Shown here piece after piece: positions 24,743-35,215 of a DNA stretch of 46,209 bases (its first letter is position 1; each line of letters begins with the position of its first letter). The notes beneath the pieces were generated by a model. That model was not told the DNA's origin. It did no database searches and saw only the letters and a program-made list of their open reading frames with translations. Source of the DNA: Lymnaea stagnalis (Eukaryota); the NCBI GenBank assembly GCA_964033795.1, contig CAXITT010000026.1:660358-706566 (forward strand). Direction: 5' to 3'. The position numbers and the translations under genes are program-made.

Positions 24743-24966
24743 CTCATGGGTTTAGTCTGTGATGTTCAGAGTAAAGCTGCCAATATTTCACAAGTTTTCA
24801 TTTGGTGTGAACTATTAGAAAAGCGAATTATTACCAGTGCTGCCACTTGCTCATATTTTGATTGTGCTCAATTACTTCATAGGGTGGTTAGGGCTTTAGA
24901 AGTTGTGTTATATTTTGTTTTCATGAGCATTTTATTTTGTCTTGTTTCTTGTTTGTGATGTTGATA

Positions 24967-24977
24967 AATAAAATAAA
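24967..24977 (+). promoter_or_regulatory. putative MVP polyadenylation signals (two overlapping AATAAA)
   Basis: AATAAA occurs at 24967-24972 and 24972-24977, about 225 nt after the MVP stop codon. No further MVP-like coding follows. Confidence 0.45.
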
Positions 24978-25933
24978 TAATTGTTAAAATTTGATATCAA
25001 TTGATTCTACAATATTCTAAAGGTGATGCAGTCATGTTTTGATTGTGATTTATCAAGCAATAAATTTGGTTGTGACTACAAGGCTTTGTCATATTAATGT
25101 GCCATAGTTAAAAGTTAGAGGCACCAGGGGGCATGTGCTACATATATTTCATATCATGCAACCCCACTAATATTCACATATTCCAGTATGCTGAGATTCA
25201 GTGAAAACAAATTCATAAGTATAAAAGTAATTTATAGTTTAAGTATGTCAATAAATGACTATGTAAGAGCGATGGTGATATTATTAGAAAACTGTACAAC
25301 TGATTTTAATTATCATTACAGATTATGACATAAAAAGAAACCTTTTAAGCATAAATTATAATTTCTTTGCAGGAAGACAGTATGCTTCATTGTCTTTTTT
25401 TTAAATTTTTTTTTTTACAATCATTTTTTGATTTATCTTTAATAAAAAGAAAGTGCTCTCTTGCCAGCAAAGTTTAATCTTCAGTAAGTATCCTACTTTA
25501 ACTTATCAATTTATTTCAAACACAATAGATTTGAAATATGATACAAAATGAATACTTTTCTAAGATGACAGTTTTTGGTGATTGTTCTTAAAAATGTCAT
25601 ACAGCTCTAGCAAAATGTAAATAGAATTGATTTGAGTTATTTATAATACTTAAAATGATCTGTTTCTTTTGACTTTATAATAACAAATATCAATGTAATG
25701 GCCACCACCTCAAATATTTTTAAACTTATTGTAAAGTTTACATTTATACATTGTAAATATTTTTTTCTAGTTTATTTTTTATTCTAATTGTGTTAGGACA
25801 AATTAAAATATTATATTTTGTACAATATTTAAGTTGTTCCGTTATTCTTTAATTTTGTAATATGACTTCCTCCGTTTGTGGTAATGTTCAGAAATTGAGG
25901 AAAGAGCACACAAAAAAAAAGGGGGGAGGGTAG

Positions 25934-26750
25934 GTGTTGAAGGAGTGAGTGGTAGCCATTAAAGGGAGGTCAGTATGAACCACAGTGGTCTCCAATGTAC
26001 CTCTACTGTCTGGGTTGCTGTGGGACTCCACCCTCCTACCCTTTGAAAGACAGGAAAAATGTTAGATCGCTGCGCAATTTAAAAAAAAAAAAAATTAATC
26101 GGGAGGATAACTTTAGTAATGTTTTTGTCATCATAACTTCCCCAACCAGTTGTGCCCCTGCCCTTTGTGTTTTGAGCGGACAACTTTGAAAAAACATAAG
26201 TGATGTAATGAGAGGTTCATAAGTGATGTAATGAGAGGTTCATAAGTTATGTAATGATAGGTTCACAAGTGATGTAATGACAGGTTCTTAAGTGATGTAA
26301 TAAGAGGTATTCAACAAATTATCAATCTGGGTCATAAACTTGAAGCTTTTTACAACTTTAGATGTTAATCTCAAACTTGATGAAGCATTTCAAATTCAGT
26401 GTTGTTCAACATCTGTGAAGCAAGTAAACCATTTAATAACAATCTCAAACCAGCCAACTTTCATTGAAAGTTAAGAAACTTGTTTGGAACCAGTCAATAG
26501 TTTCTAGACATACTATTATCGTAGTGGAAGAAATATTTACTTTAAAGATGAATCCCGATACATTATAATATCAGTAGTAGTCAAAAGTACGGTGAAAATG
26601 TGTACATGCCAAAATTGTGGATGTGAGTTCAAACCTCGCGGAAACCGAGACAAGAAAAAGAAACAATACCAGCACAAACGGGTGGATGGTGTCACATATT
26701 CCGCCTGGTCTGATATATTCCAATGGCGAGTATTTGGTGTCTTATATATC
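25934..26750 (+). mobile_element. composite SINE-like repeat, copy A (~250-bp head + 5 units of a 23-bp VNTR + body + tRNA-like B-box region + tail)
   Basis: It is collinear with 39014-39945. The shared head is gtgttgaaggagtgagtgg(t/c)agccattaaagggaggtcagtatgaa. The VNTR unit is taagtgatgtaatgagaggttca. The tRNA-like segment ccaaaattgtggatgtgagttcaaacctc carries a B-box-like GAGTTCAAACC and ends in caataccagca. Confidence 0.7.
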
Positions 26751-27221
26751 CGGAGGGCAACTATGCCGTCTAACCTTATGTCAGACTAGTTTGTTTCGGA
26801 TCTTGCCTCTCAGGTGGTCAATTAACTCTAAATATATTGTCGTACACTATGCGTTTATTTCACTGCACTAAACATCCAATTAACACACATTGAAGTGGCT
26901 ACGTCCAGCAGACCAATATTGTTCTCAGGCAAAAAGCCCCACAGCGAACCAAACAAAAATATTTTCTCTCTCACTGTCTCTCGTTCACTGTCTCTCGCTC
27001 ACTCTCTGACGCTCCAGATCATTTTCTCCCTTTATAACCCAAAAAATCCACACACCCGTCCTTGACATGACAAGAGTTCACACTCGCTCACTAAACATTA
27101 CGGTCAACATCATCATCATACTCTGCACCTCTGATGCCATGGCCGTGACAGATGGAACTCGTTAACCTTTGATGGCAACCATTCGCATTGAAGGCAAACT
27201 CTAAACCCGGAGATGGGATCC

Positions 27222-27436
27222 TGTAGTGCAGCGGTTCTCAACCTGTGGGTCGCGACCCCTTTTGGGGTCGCGCGACCTTTTCCCAGGGGTCGCCTAAGAC
27301 CATCTGAAAACACATACCCTTACAGCTATGAAGAAGCAACGAAAATAATTAATTGTGTGGCTGGAGGTTCGCCACGACACGAGAAACGGTATTAAAGGGT
27401 CGCGGCACGAGAAAGGTTGAGAACCACTGCTGTAGT
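27222..27436. mobile_element. MITE with ~27-bp TIRs (cagcggttctcaacctgtgggtcgcgacc ... ggtcgcggcacgagaaaggttgagaaccactgctg)
   Basis: The inverted termini are read directly from the sequence. The interior has four gggtcgc repeats. Confidence 0.65.
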
Positions 27437-27887
27437 GTGTCATTGGCAGAGTAAAAATTCCGACAACTCATTCAATGTGGAAAACTTAAAGAGCACAGTG
27501 AGACACAAGGAACACTGCTGGTCACTCACTGCATACTATCCTACTGCATAGACGTCTTGACCAAGTCTTGCAATACGATAAAAAAAAGGAAATGGCGAGA
27601 ATGGGCGAACTGGGAAACTCTCTCTAAATTCAGGCCTACTATTCAGGTCGAATATTGCCATGGTCATTCGTATGGGAATGACCAACAACAAGTCACAAGT
27701 GACAGATATTTAACTTGGTTTTGCCCCTGGATTTTCTACAAGAAATGCTGTATATCGCCCCTTTTTATAAAACAAAAATAATAAAATAAATCCTAACAGA
27801 TTATCATTTCAATCAATATGACACAAAAGATATTTTAGAATGAACAATGCATTCTTTTCTTTTTATGGACATATAGTATTATTTCAT

Positions 27888-28154
27888 TCAGTTTGCTCGT
27901 CGCTGTACACGAGTAATTAAAATTACAACACCAACTGCCAGTACTGAAGAGGCAACACTAAAATACATTGGACTTGCTGCGTTGCCCGTGGCCTCAAGCA
28001 TAGGGCCCATGATGGCCGAGATCAGCAAGTACATGATCGGTATTGTCATGGCCACTTTAGAGATGGTTGAGCCATAGACGGAACTGTCAACCACTCCTCG
28101 AACATCGCCTTGGAATTTCTGAGACCCTTCATTCGTATCAAGTAGTTGGATTGT
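27888..28154 (-). CDS. transporter-like gene, terminal exon (TIQLLDTNEGSQKFQGDVRGVVDSSVYGSTISKVAMTIPIMYLLISAIMGPMLEATGNAASPMYFSVASSVLAVGVVILITRVQRRAN-stop)
   Basis: On the minus strand the acceptor is tattccatag|. It carries 89 codons including the stop and has a C-terminal TM helix pair. Its phase-0 start does not fit the phase-1 end of exon 30259-30439, so an intervening exon or an alternative terminal exon is needed. Confidence 0.45.
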   Translation of the reverse strand, partial: TIQLLDTNEGSQKFQGDVRGVVDSSVYGSTISKVAMTIPIMYLLISAIMGPMLEATGNAASPMYFSVASSVLAVGVVILITRVQRRAN

Positions 28155-28432
28155 CTATGGAATAGAGACATAACTGTGTAAAGTGTTTAATTATAACTTG
28201 CAGAATAACTGAGAATCATAGTGACAGTTTGATACATACAAACTTACGAAATTTGTTTATATTATTTTATTGGTAATTGTTATATGTGTCCGTCAAATTC
28301 TTAACCGGCCATTTTGCCGTTAAATCTCCAACTCCTAGCACATAGTTGAAACTTGGTTATTTAACGATAATATATTTCGTCACAGAAGTCAATTGAAATG
28401 TGCCGAAAATTACATAAAATATATACAATTTA

Positions 28433-28702
28433 CATGGGCGCCCGCAGAAAACTTTCTTGGGGGGGGGGGGGCACAAAAATCGATTAACTTTCCGGGGGGG
28501 GGGGAAAAATTTTTTTTGGTATTGTTTTAATATAGTTTTATTTGTATGATGATCGAACGGACAGGACATCAGCTTAGTTACTTTCTCTTTATTTTCTCTT
28601 TACTTTAATACATTTTTGTCTATTTTTGTCTAAATTTTTTTTATCCAATCAATCCAGGGGGGGGGGAAGTGCCCCCTTGCCCCTACCTGCGGGCGCCCAT
28701 GA
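28433..28702. mobile_element. palindromic MITE-like element with a perfect 15-bp TIR (catgggcgcccgcag / ctgcgggcgcccatg) and G/C homopolymer runs
   Basis: The TIRs are exact reverse complements. The interior carries G12, G11 and G11 runs, and it lies in an intron of the minus-strand transporter-like gene. Confidence 0.6.
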
Positions 28703-29058
28703 CAATTTATAGTAGATGGCCGATAATACTCACCATGATATAACGCTATTTTAGATACAATATGATCGTGGGATTGTTCACTATATTTTAAACATTCACT
28801 CGCACATAATGTTTTTACGAAGTGTGAGTAAAAACAAGTTTTAAAAAAAAAATTATTTTATACATTTTCACAAATCTACTAAAATTTTTCAAACTTCAAC
28901 ATTGCACAAATCAACAACCACAATAGATTGAAAGCTATATCACCCGTTTTGCTACTTTATATACAGAAAATATCTAAACGCCTTTCGCGCGGCATTTTAT
29001 AAATCCTTCCATGATTGAACCCCAAAGTACCTGGCAATATTCCTTCATCTGGACAGTC

Positions 29059-29219
29059 TCAGTCGCCAGAGCAAAAGGCGTGGTAGACATGAGGGTCCTG
29101 TTCAATCCCCCATATCAGAGCTGTGACGTAGAAGACAGAGAGCTCCTTGGTCAGAACAAGTCGTGACAGGACTAAGGTAATGTTCACCAATGACACGATG
29201 AACAATTCCACACAAGGAC
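29059..29219 (-). CDS. candidate alternative/extra exon of the transporter-like gene (G-PCVELFIVSLVNITLVLSRLVLTKELSVFYVTALIWGIEQDPHVYHAFCSGD-stop)
   Basis: On the minus strand the acceptor is cacattag|. Its phase exactly completes the G left by exon 30259-30439. It encodes a hydrophobic stretch and ends in an in-frame TGA. An internal GTCATTG|gtgaac site mirrors the CATTG|gtgagt donor of the upstream exon. Confidence 0.3.
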
Positions 29220-30258
29220 CTAATGTGTTAAGAGGATGAAAGAAGACATAATCATATTCTGTTTAAATTGACAATAAATGACAGCTAAATATTGCATTTC
29301 ATCCTGGCTCTTTAAAAACTAGGAATTAGTAAATAGTTTGTTTCCAGCTTACACAACTGGTGTAAACTCAGAATGTAATGAAGCTTTAATAGTATTAATT
29401 CCAAAAATAAATTCATATCGATATTTATTAAGGTACCATACACATATTTATTAAATTAATTAGAGATAGAAAAATGTTGAAAGATGAGACACACACAATT
29501 TTAGCAATTTTAATTTCATCATTTGAATCTAAATTTCAATTTCGCGACTGTACTACGTTGTAAAAGTTGCTTAGATATCTCCTGCATAATTTTATAGGTT
29601 GTGTTTTTGTCAAAGGGTTTATTTTTTGAAATTATGCAGTGAAATGAGTTGTGATAAATGTTTATGAATGTGAGTAATTATGTAACAATATATCAAATTA
29701 AAAAGTTTCAAACAACAATAAGTACTACAATTAGATTTAATTTCTAAACTAATGACTGATCTTAATTAAACTATATTCATTTCTGTCTTTATTATTTACG
29801 AAAGTAAGCTTTTTTTTTGTAGTACAAACCTATAAAACATGTTTATTAAACTTAAATCATTTCGATTGTTTTTTTTCATCCCCTTAGTTGTAAAACATGA
29901 TGTCCTCTTAAAGTACTTTCAGCTCTTGGATGATCAAATATTTCCTTAATCCACTTTTGCAGTATTTATAACTTCAATTCATCTCAACTCATAGTGCATA
30001 TCATTGCAGATTGTTTTCCTTATTTTGAAGTATCAAAATCGGATCTGAACTTAGTGTTTTCATTGAAGTATAACCTTGTTTCATATCCATGATAACGTAG
30101 AGATTGACAAATATTTTTTTTTATTAAGATAGAGTCTTTTTTTAACACAAATAGTATCGTATTGGAGAATTTATTTACCCATCGAAAGTCTGAACTATAT
30201 AAAATAAAAAAATTCGTTCTATAAATAAATGATAATATGTCATAAAAACTTAACTCAC

Positions 30259-30439
30259 CAATGACATTTCGGATTTTCTCATGAAAAAGTGTATACAGCA
30301 AACACATGGACTGAGCTAGAAAACCACCCAAGTACACCGTTTTCATGGCTTTCTCAAACTTCTCCTTTGCCTCACTGTTTGCAGGGGCGTCCAGTCTCCG
30401 TGGTAAACATCTTGAGCCAAGAAATTTCCGTAAAACGAT
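30259..30439 (-). CDS. transporter-like gene, internal exon (IVLRKFLGSRCLPRRLDAPANSEAKEKFEKAMKTVYLGGFLAQSMCLLYTLFHEKIRNVI-G)
   Basis: On the minus strand the acceptor is tcatttag| (directly after an in-frame TAG) and the donor is CATTG|gtgagt. It encodes a charged loop followed by a TM helix. Confidence 0.5.
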
Positions 30440-30697
30440 CTAAATGACATAACCGAACCTGACGTGAAGAGACACAAGAGGCACGATAGTAGTAAAAGAA
30501 TTCTCTTTTTTGAACCCAAAAGCGATTGAACATGAACGGGAATATTTGAAATCTCTTGAAAAAAATCTTTTTAAATAACTTTGTATTTTATAGGAGATAT
30601 TTTGTGTTTGTTGATGAAGGCTGCAATCAGCGTTACGCCCGTGTTCTGCTAGATTTATGCCGTCGGTAGATGTCTCTTTATTGGTTGGAGTGCTCAC

Positions 30698-30904
30698 AAG
30701 TTGTGTCATTCGTGTTTTGACGAGGTACCGACCTAGCGCAAGGGTTGTCAAGTTGGAAACGATGATAGAAATGATGAGGAAAATGCTGAGAACTATAGCT
30801 TTAGCCAGTGCAGGATCATTGACAGCCCCAGTGAGTCCGTCGTACTCAATTAAACCCATCAGAGCCAAGGCGCATCCTCCTATTCCGGACATTACTACTC
30901 CGAT
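30698..30904 (-). CDS. transporter-like gene, internal exon (IGVVMSGIGGCALALMGLIEYDGLTGAVNDPALAKAIVLSIFLIISIIVSNLTTLALGRYLVKTRMTQL)
   Basis: On the minus strand the acceptor is ttcatttcag| and the donor is CTT|gtgagc. It is 207 nt in phase 0 and encodes two predicted TM helices. Confidence 0.5.
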
Positions 30905-32010
30905 CTGAAATGAAGCCAACATTTTGGTGAAAGAATTTATTGAGACACACTGTATTTTAATAATTCAATACTTTAAAATAACCGCTTGCCTTTCGCCAAA
31001 AGAGGGAAAATAATTAATAATAGTGTACAACAATTTGAAAAATAGATGAAAAAAAAGTCTCCTAGCTTTATGATTTTAAAAGTAGCAACAAGTGCTTATC
31101 CATTCTAGCTTTGGCAACGCTACCATAATATATGAGTAAAATACCGGTAGAGGTGCATAATCTATAATAATAATTTCAGATAATGCTGAATATATCGACC
31201 GATTCCCGTGGAATCGATTCTTTATAGAGTGAGCAATTACGATCCTGTTGTATTTAGGTATTGACGGTTAGTGGTTCCAAATTAGTACCGGGTACGGTAA
31301 TTGCGGGTATTGACACCTCGCTAGTGTTACAATTTGATCGTTTTGTGTTGACATTATCTTGAGTGTCCATTTAATTTGACTTCTGAACGTTGTGAAATGT
31401 AACATTATGGAGTAATCATTCTTAGAACGGGGAGGGCAAATAGTTATCCAAAGTGGCGAATTAAAAAGTAAATATATACATTTAAGTATATATAAATAAT
31501 AATACATTACATGAGATGATGAATTAGGCTCATATTTTTTAAAAAATATACATTTTTGAATTTTAATGGGGAAATGCCTGGATCCATCAAGAGATTCGGG
31601 TGGTCCAAGGAAAGTGGTTGGGATGTGAACAGGTTGAATGAGATGTCACGTGTTCTGTCCGGTCGGGAATTCAAGTTGACACAACTTGAGCATCATTATT
31701 CAAAAGATGGACCCATCATTTTACGGTCCAGCGCGGGGACGTACGGTGCTGCCAATCATCGCCCATATAGATGTGTATAATAATATGTACTTACAAAAGG
31801 GATATGGCTCTCGAATGTTAATATGACGCTAACTTAACGCCCCTTGAGAGTAAATACCACCGAAGACAGCGCCTCTGCTATTTTAAATATATTTTGACCT
31901 AACTAAAGCTGACTATTTGCACGATGAAAAACAACATTTTTTAAACATTAACCAGATTTAATTCAAAACTGAGCAAACATGATTGGATACAAGAGATAAA
32001 ATAGATTTAC

Positions 32011-32168
32011 TGTGAGCAGTTTTGAATGTTGGGAAGGATCCACACACTCCATGACAAAACCTCGGATGTTGGATGAACCAGTGTCATAGCCACAGTCCAT
32101 CAGGACGAAGGCGATAAAAGCTAAGGTCGCCGTTATGACCCTGTGCTCGCTCTGGTTGCTTCTTGAAT
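32011..32168 (-). CDS. transporter-like gene, internal exon (SRSNQSEHRVITATLAFIAFVLMDCGYDTGSSNIRGFVMECVDPSQHSKLLT)
   Basis: On the minus strand the acceptor is ttttggacccacag| and the donor is ACA|gtaaat. The product has a hydrophobic transmembrane character, and its phase fits the next exon. Confidence 0.5.
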
Positions 32169-32864
32169 CTGTGGGTCCAAAAGATATCATATATAGGTAT
32201 ATTAAAATTTAAAAAATATCGCAACGCCTATATTTTAATGGCTTTCAATATACCGGTATGGCTGAAAAACGGAAGTCTGACAAAGGGCCAAACCCATTAA
32301 AAGCCCTTCCCCCACAATAATTCCGGGACACTTGCCCTAGAGGCAAACCCCCAAAGTTTGACTAGAGTGGGTTTCGTGTGAAAGTTTTAGGGTCAATAAT
32401 ATATATGTAACACACATATATATATATATATATATACCTAACTATATATTAAAAGATATATTAGCTATAGCACATGTATCAAACTCAAGTCCCGAGGGCC
32501 ACATCCGGCCGCAGTACAATTGTATTAGGCCCGAGAGAGCATTTTAGGCAAAAACATTACTTAATGGTCCTGCGATGTAAGGTGCTAATCAAATTTCCTA
32601 ATAAGCAGCCTTGCCGAACGATAGGCTACCTGTGAGCGTTCTCGCTTCCATCAGAATAAGCGAAAATAAAAGTTGTGTCGGGAGTGGATGTTCGTCGTTA
32701 CTGTAACATAGAACGTTCATTTGCTCGTTTTGGATGGGACATAAGTAATGAAGGTAGTGCAGTTCCTGGATGTTACATCACCTTTTCCCGCTACGGCTGA
32801 CGTGATATCAATCAAGCGTCTGTCAATAGATGCACACTCTTTTTAAAAGACATTTAAGCTAGCC

Positions 32865-33245
32865 TTAAAATGGCCAAATGAAAAGTTGATTATGAAAACA
32901 GAGCCGTTCAAGGTCGCTGGTAGACTAATTATATCGTTACTGTTATTCGCGGTAAACATGTGTGTCTAATTTGTGGCGATAATGTGGCTGTTATCAAGGA
33001 ATGTTATCCGAGTCGGCAGTACTAGACTAAACATCGAGACGAGTTAAAAAGCCTGAATGCAGAGCAGAAGCTACGGAAGGTAATAGAATTGAAAATGAAT
33101 CTAAACTCACAGCAGACGTTTTTCACCAAAGCAGAATTACAAACTGAATCTGCTGTGAATGCAAGTTTTATTGATGTTGAGGAGATCGCAAAATCAGGCC
33201 GACCAATTACAGAAGGAGAGTTTCTGAAGTGCCAAGTAACATAAG
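32865..33245 (+). pseudogene. hAT-superfamily (Buster/Charlie-like) transposase N-terminal remnant with an in-frame stop
   Basis: The translation reads KVDYENRAVQGRW*...GKHVCLICGDNVAVIKECYPSRQY*TKHRDELKSLNAEQKLRKVIELKMNLNSQQTFFTKAELQTESAVNASFIDVEEIAKSGRPITEGEFLKCQVT*. This matches the conserved N-terminus (C.ICG......K.S.L.RH.ETKH...L...QQ..F......ASY.VA..IAK.GKP.T.GE.LIKP) of hAT-derived proteins such as ZBED5 and FAM200. Confidence 0.6.
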
Positions 33246-34664
33246 TAGCACAACGGCCTTGAAGACTTTTAAAAAGTATGGCTGAGGATGCCTCTCATAG
33301 TCTATATATTATTGCATTATCTTTCGATGGTTCCGCTGTGTCTGGCAAAGCGTCTCTAGGATTGTTTCCGCAGTGTCTGGCAAAGCGTCTCTAGGATGGT
33401 TCCTATGTGTGACAGAGTGCTAACAAGGTAGGTGAAGATGTGAATAAAGACTGTGAAAGAGCTGTCATACTATTTTGAGTTTTAGAGGAAAAACTTAAGC
33501 TTGTGCAAGCTAGGAAAAATGTGCAACACTGCGTTGCCAATGGGCTTCACCACCTAGATACGTTACTTAACATAAATAGTAGAAATAAATCCTTACAATG
33601 TTTTGAGGATAATATTTGATTCAAGATTTTGAAATCTAAAAAGTATAATTTTATTTAAAAAGAAGTCAGATGACTGACTACAAACGAAAAAAAAAACACC
33701 AGTGGTGGCTGCTTATCATTAGAGAGAGGGGATTGTAGCAGTGTTAAAATAATAATACTTTTTTTATTATATTGGATTTTTTTCATTAACTACTAGATAA
33801 TACGTAGATCAAAATGTCTTTATATTTGTGTGTTTGTAGAATGCAATTGTTAGATGTTTGTCATGAAAGGTGCCTGTTTATTGCTCGTATATGGCAGTGT
33901 CTTCATCACTCGTTAGCTCCGTTAGTTTGAATCGTAATCATTATATTGTGATGGCTGAAGATACATCCGTTCACTGAATTCTTAAATGGAATTGGATACC
34001 AGTGTGTACGTGGGCAAAATACTAACCGTTGTATGATGTCATTCCGGTTACACACACCAGCATACATATGCTGATAAGCGATTGATACAGCAGTATCCAA
34101 ACAACAAATATACATAAAATATGTGTAGTGACTGTCCTGCCGTTATTAACAGCTATATTAAATTATCATACATTCTGCAATGCGGTTCTGCGTTAAAAAG
34201 ACGCACCTATTGATTGATACAGTAAGTATCCAACGAACGGTTCTTATACTTTTTCTATTTTAGTAACTGCCCAGCTATGGGTGCATCTTATATAGAAACC
34301 ATACACGGATGACAGTACAGTCGATATGTCTAGCCTTGTAAGTTAGCCCTCACATTTCATACTGACTCTTTAGTGTAAGACTGTGTGCGAGCTACAAGTT
34401 AAACCTTTCCCCATTTTCTTTTATAATTAAACATTATTACAAGACTATAATTGTAATGCCATTTGTGTAACAGGAAGGCCTACAATAGGGTCCTCAATGC
34501 TCTAGCTATATTGGTTCTTAAGTATATTTGTCAAAACCTGTAATTACAGATTTATTTAAGATGTAATTTGTTAGCTATGCAATTAAAATGTTAATGTCTA
34601 GGCACCACGTGGCCCTCAGACAGAGCCATGAGAATGGGCGCCCCGGGTGTCACCATGGCCCATC

Positions 34665-35215
34665 CATAACATACAGAAAACTATATAATGTTTCCTAACA
34701 TACAGCATACTATATAATGTACTATAAGATACAGTATACTATACAATTTACACTGACATACAGAATATTATATAATGTACACTAACATACGTCATACTAT
34801 ATAATGTACATTAAGATATAGTATATTATATTATGCACACTAACACAAAGTATACTTTATAATGTCAACTAACATACAGTATACTTTATAATGTCAACTA
34901 ACATACAGTATACTTTATAATGTCAACTAACATACAGTATACTTTATAATGTCAACTAACATACAGTATACTTTATAATGTCAACTAACATACAGTATAC
35001 TTTATAATGTCAACTAACATACAGCATACTTTATAATGTCAACTAACATACAGTATACTTTATAATGTCAACTAACATACAGTATACTTTATAATGTCAA
35101 CTAACATACAGTATACTTTATAATGTGAACTAACAAACAGTATACTTTATAATGTCAACTAACATACAGTATCCTATACAATGCAAACTATTTCAGTATC
35201 CTATATTATGTTGTT
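34665..35215. repeat. 29-bp satellite x~18 (taacatacagtatactttataatgtcaac) abutting the 3' end of the LINE
   Basis: Visible periodicity. The proximal units have the tatataatgtaca variant that is also found in array 37676-38337. Confidence 0.95.

Noticed and set aside
26592-26871. Overlapping plus-strand ORFs (65 and 84 aa)
   Set aside because: They sit on the tRNA-like tail of composite repeat copy A. An equivalent ORF (39567-39932) sits on copy B. The repeat is translated by chance and is not a gene.
28357-28569. 70-aa minus-strand proline-rich ORF (..FFPPPRKVNRFLCPPPPKK..)
   Set aside because: It is generated by the G/C homopolymer runs inside the palindromic MITE at 28433-28702.
31556-31780. 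74-aa ORF in a locally GC-richer patch between transporter exons
   Set aside because: It is not in phase with or adjacent to the splice sites of the transporter-like gene on the other strand. It has no motif I recognise. It is left unannotated.
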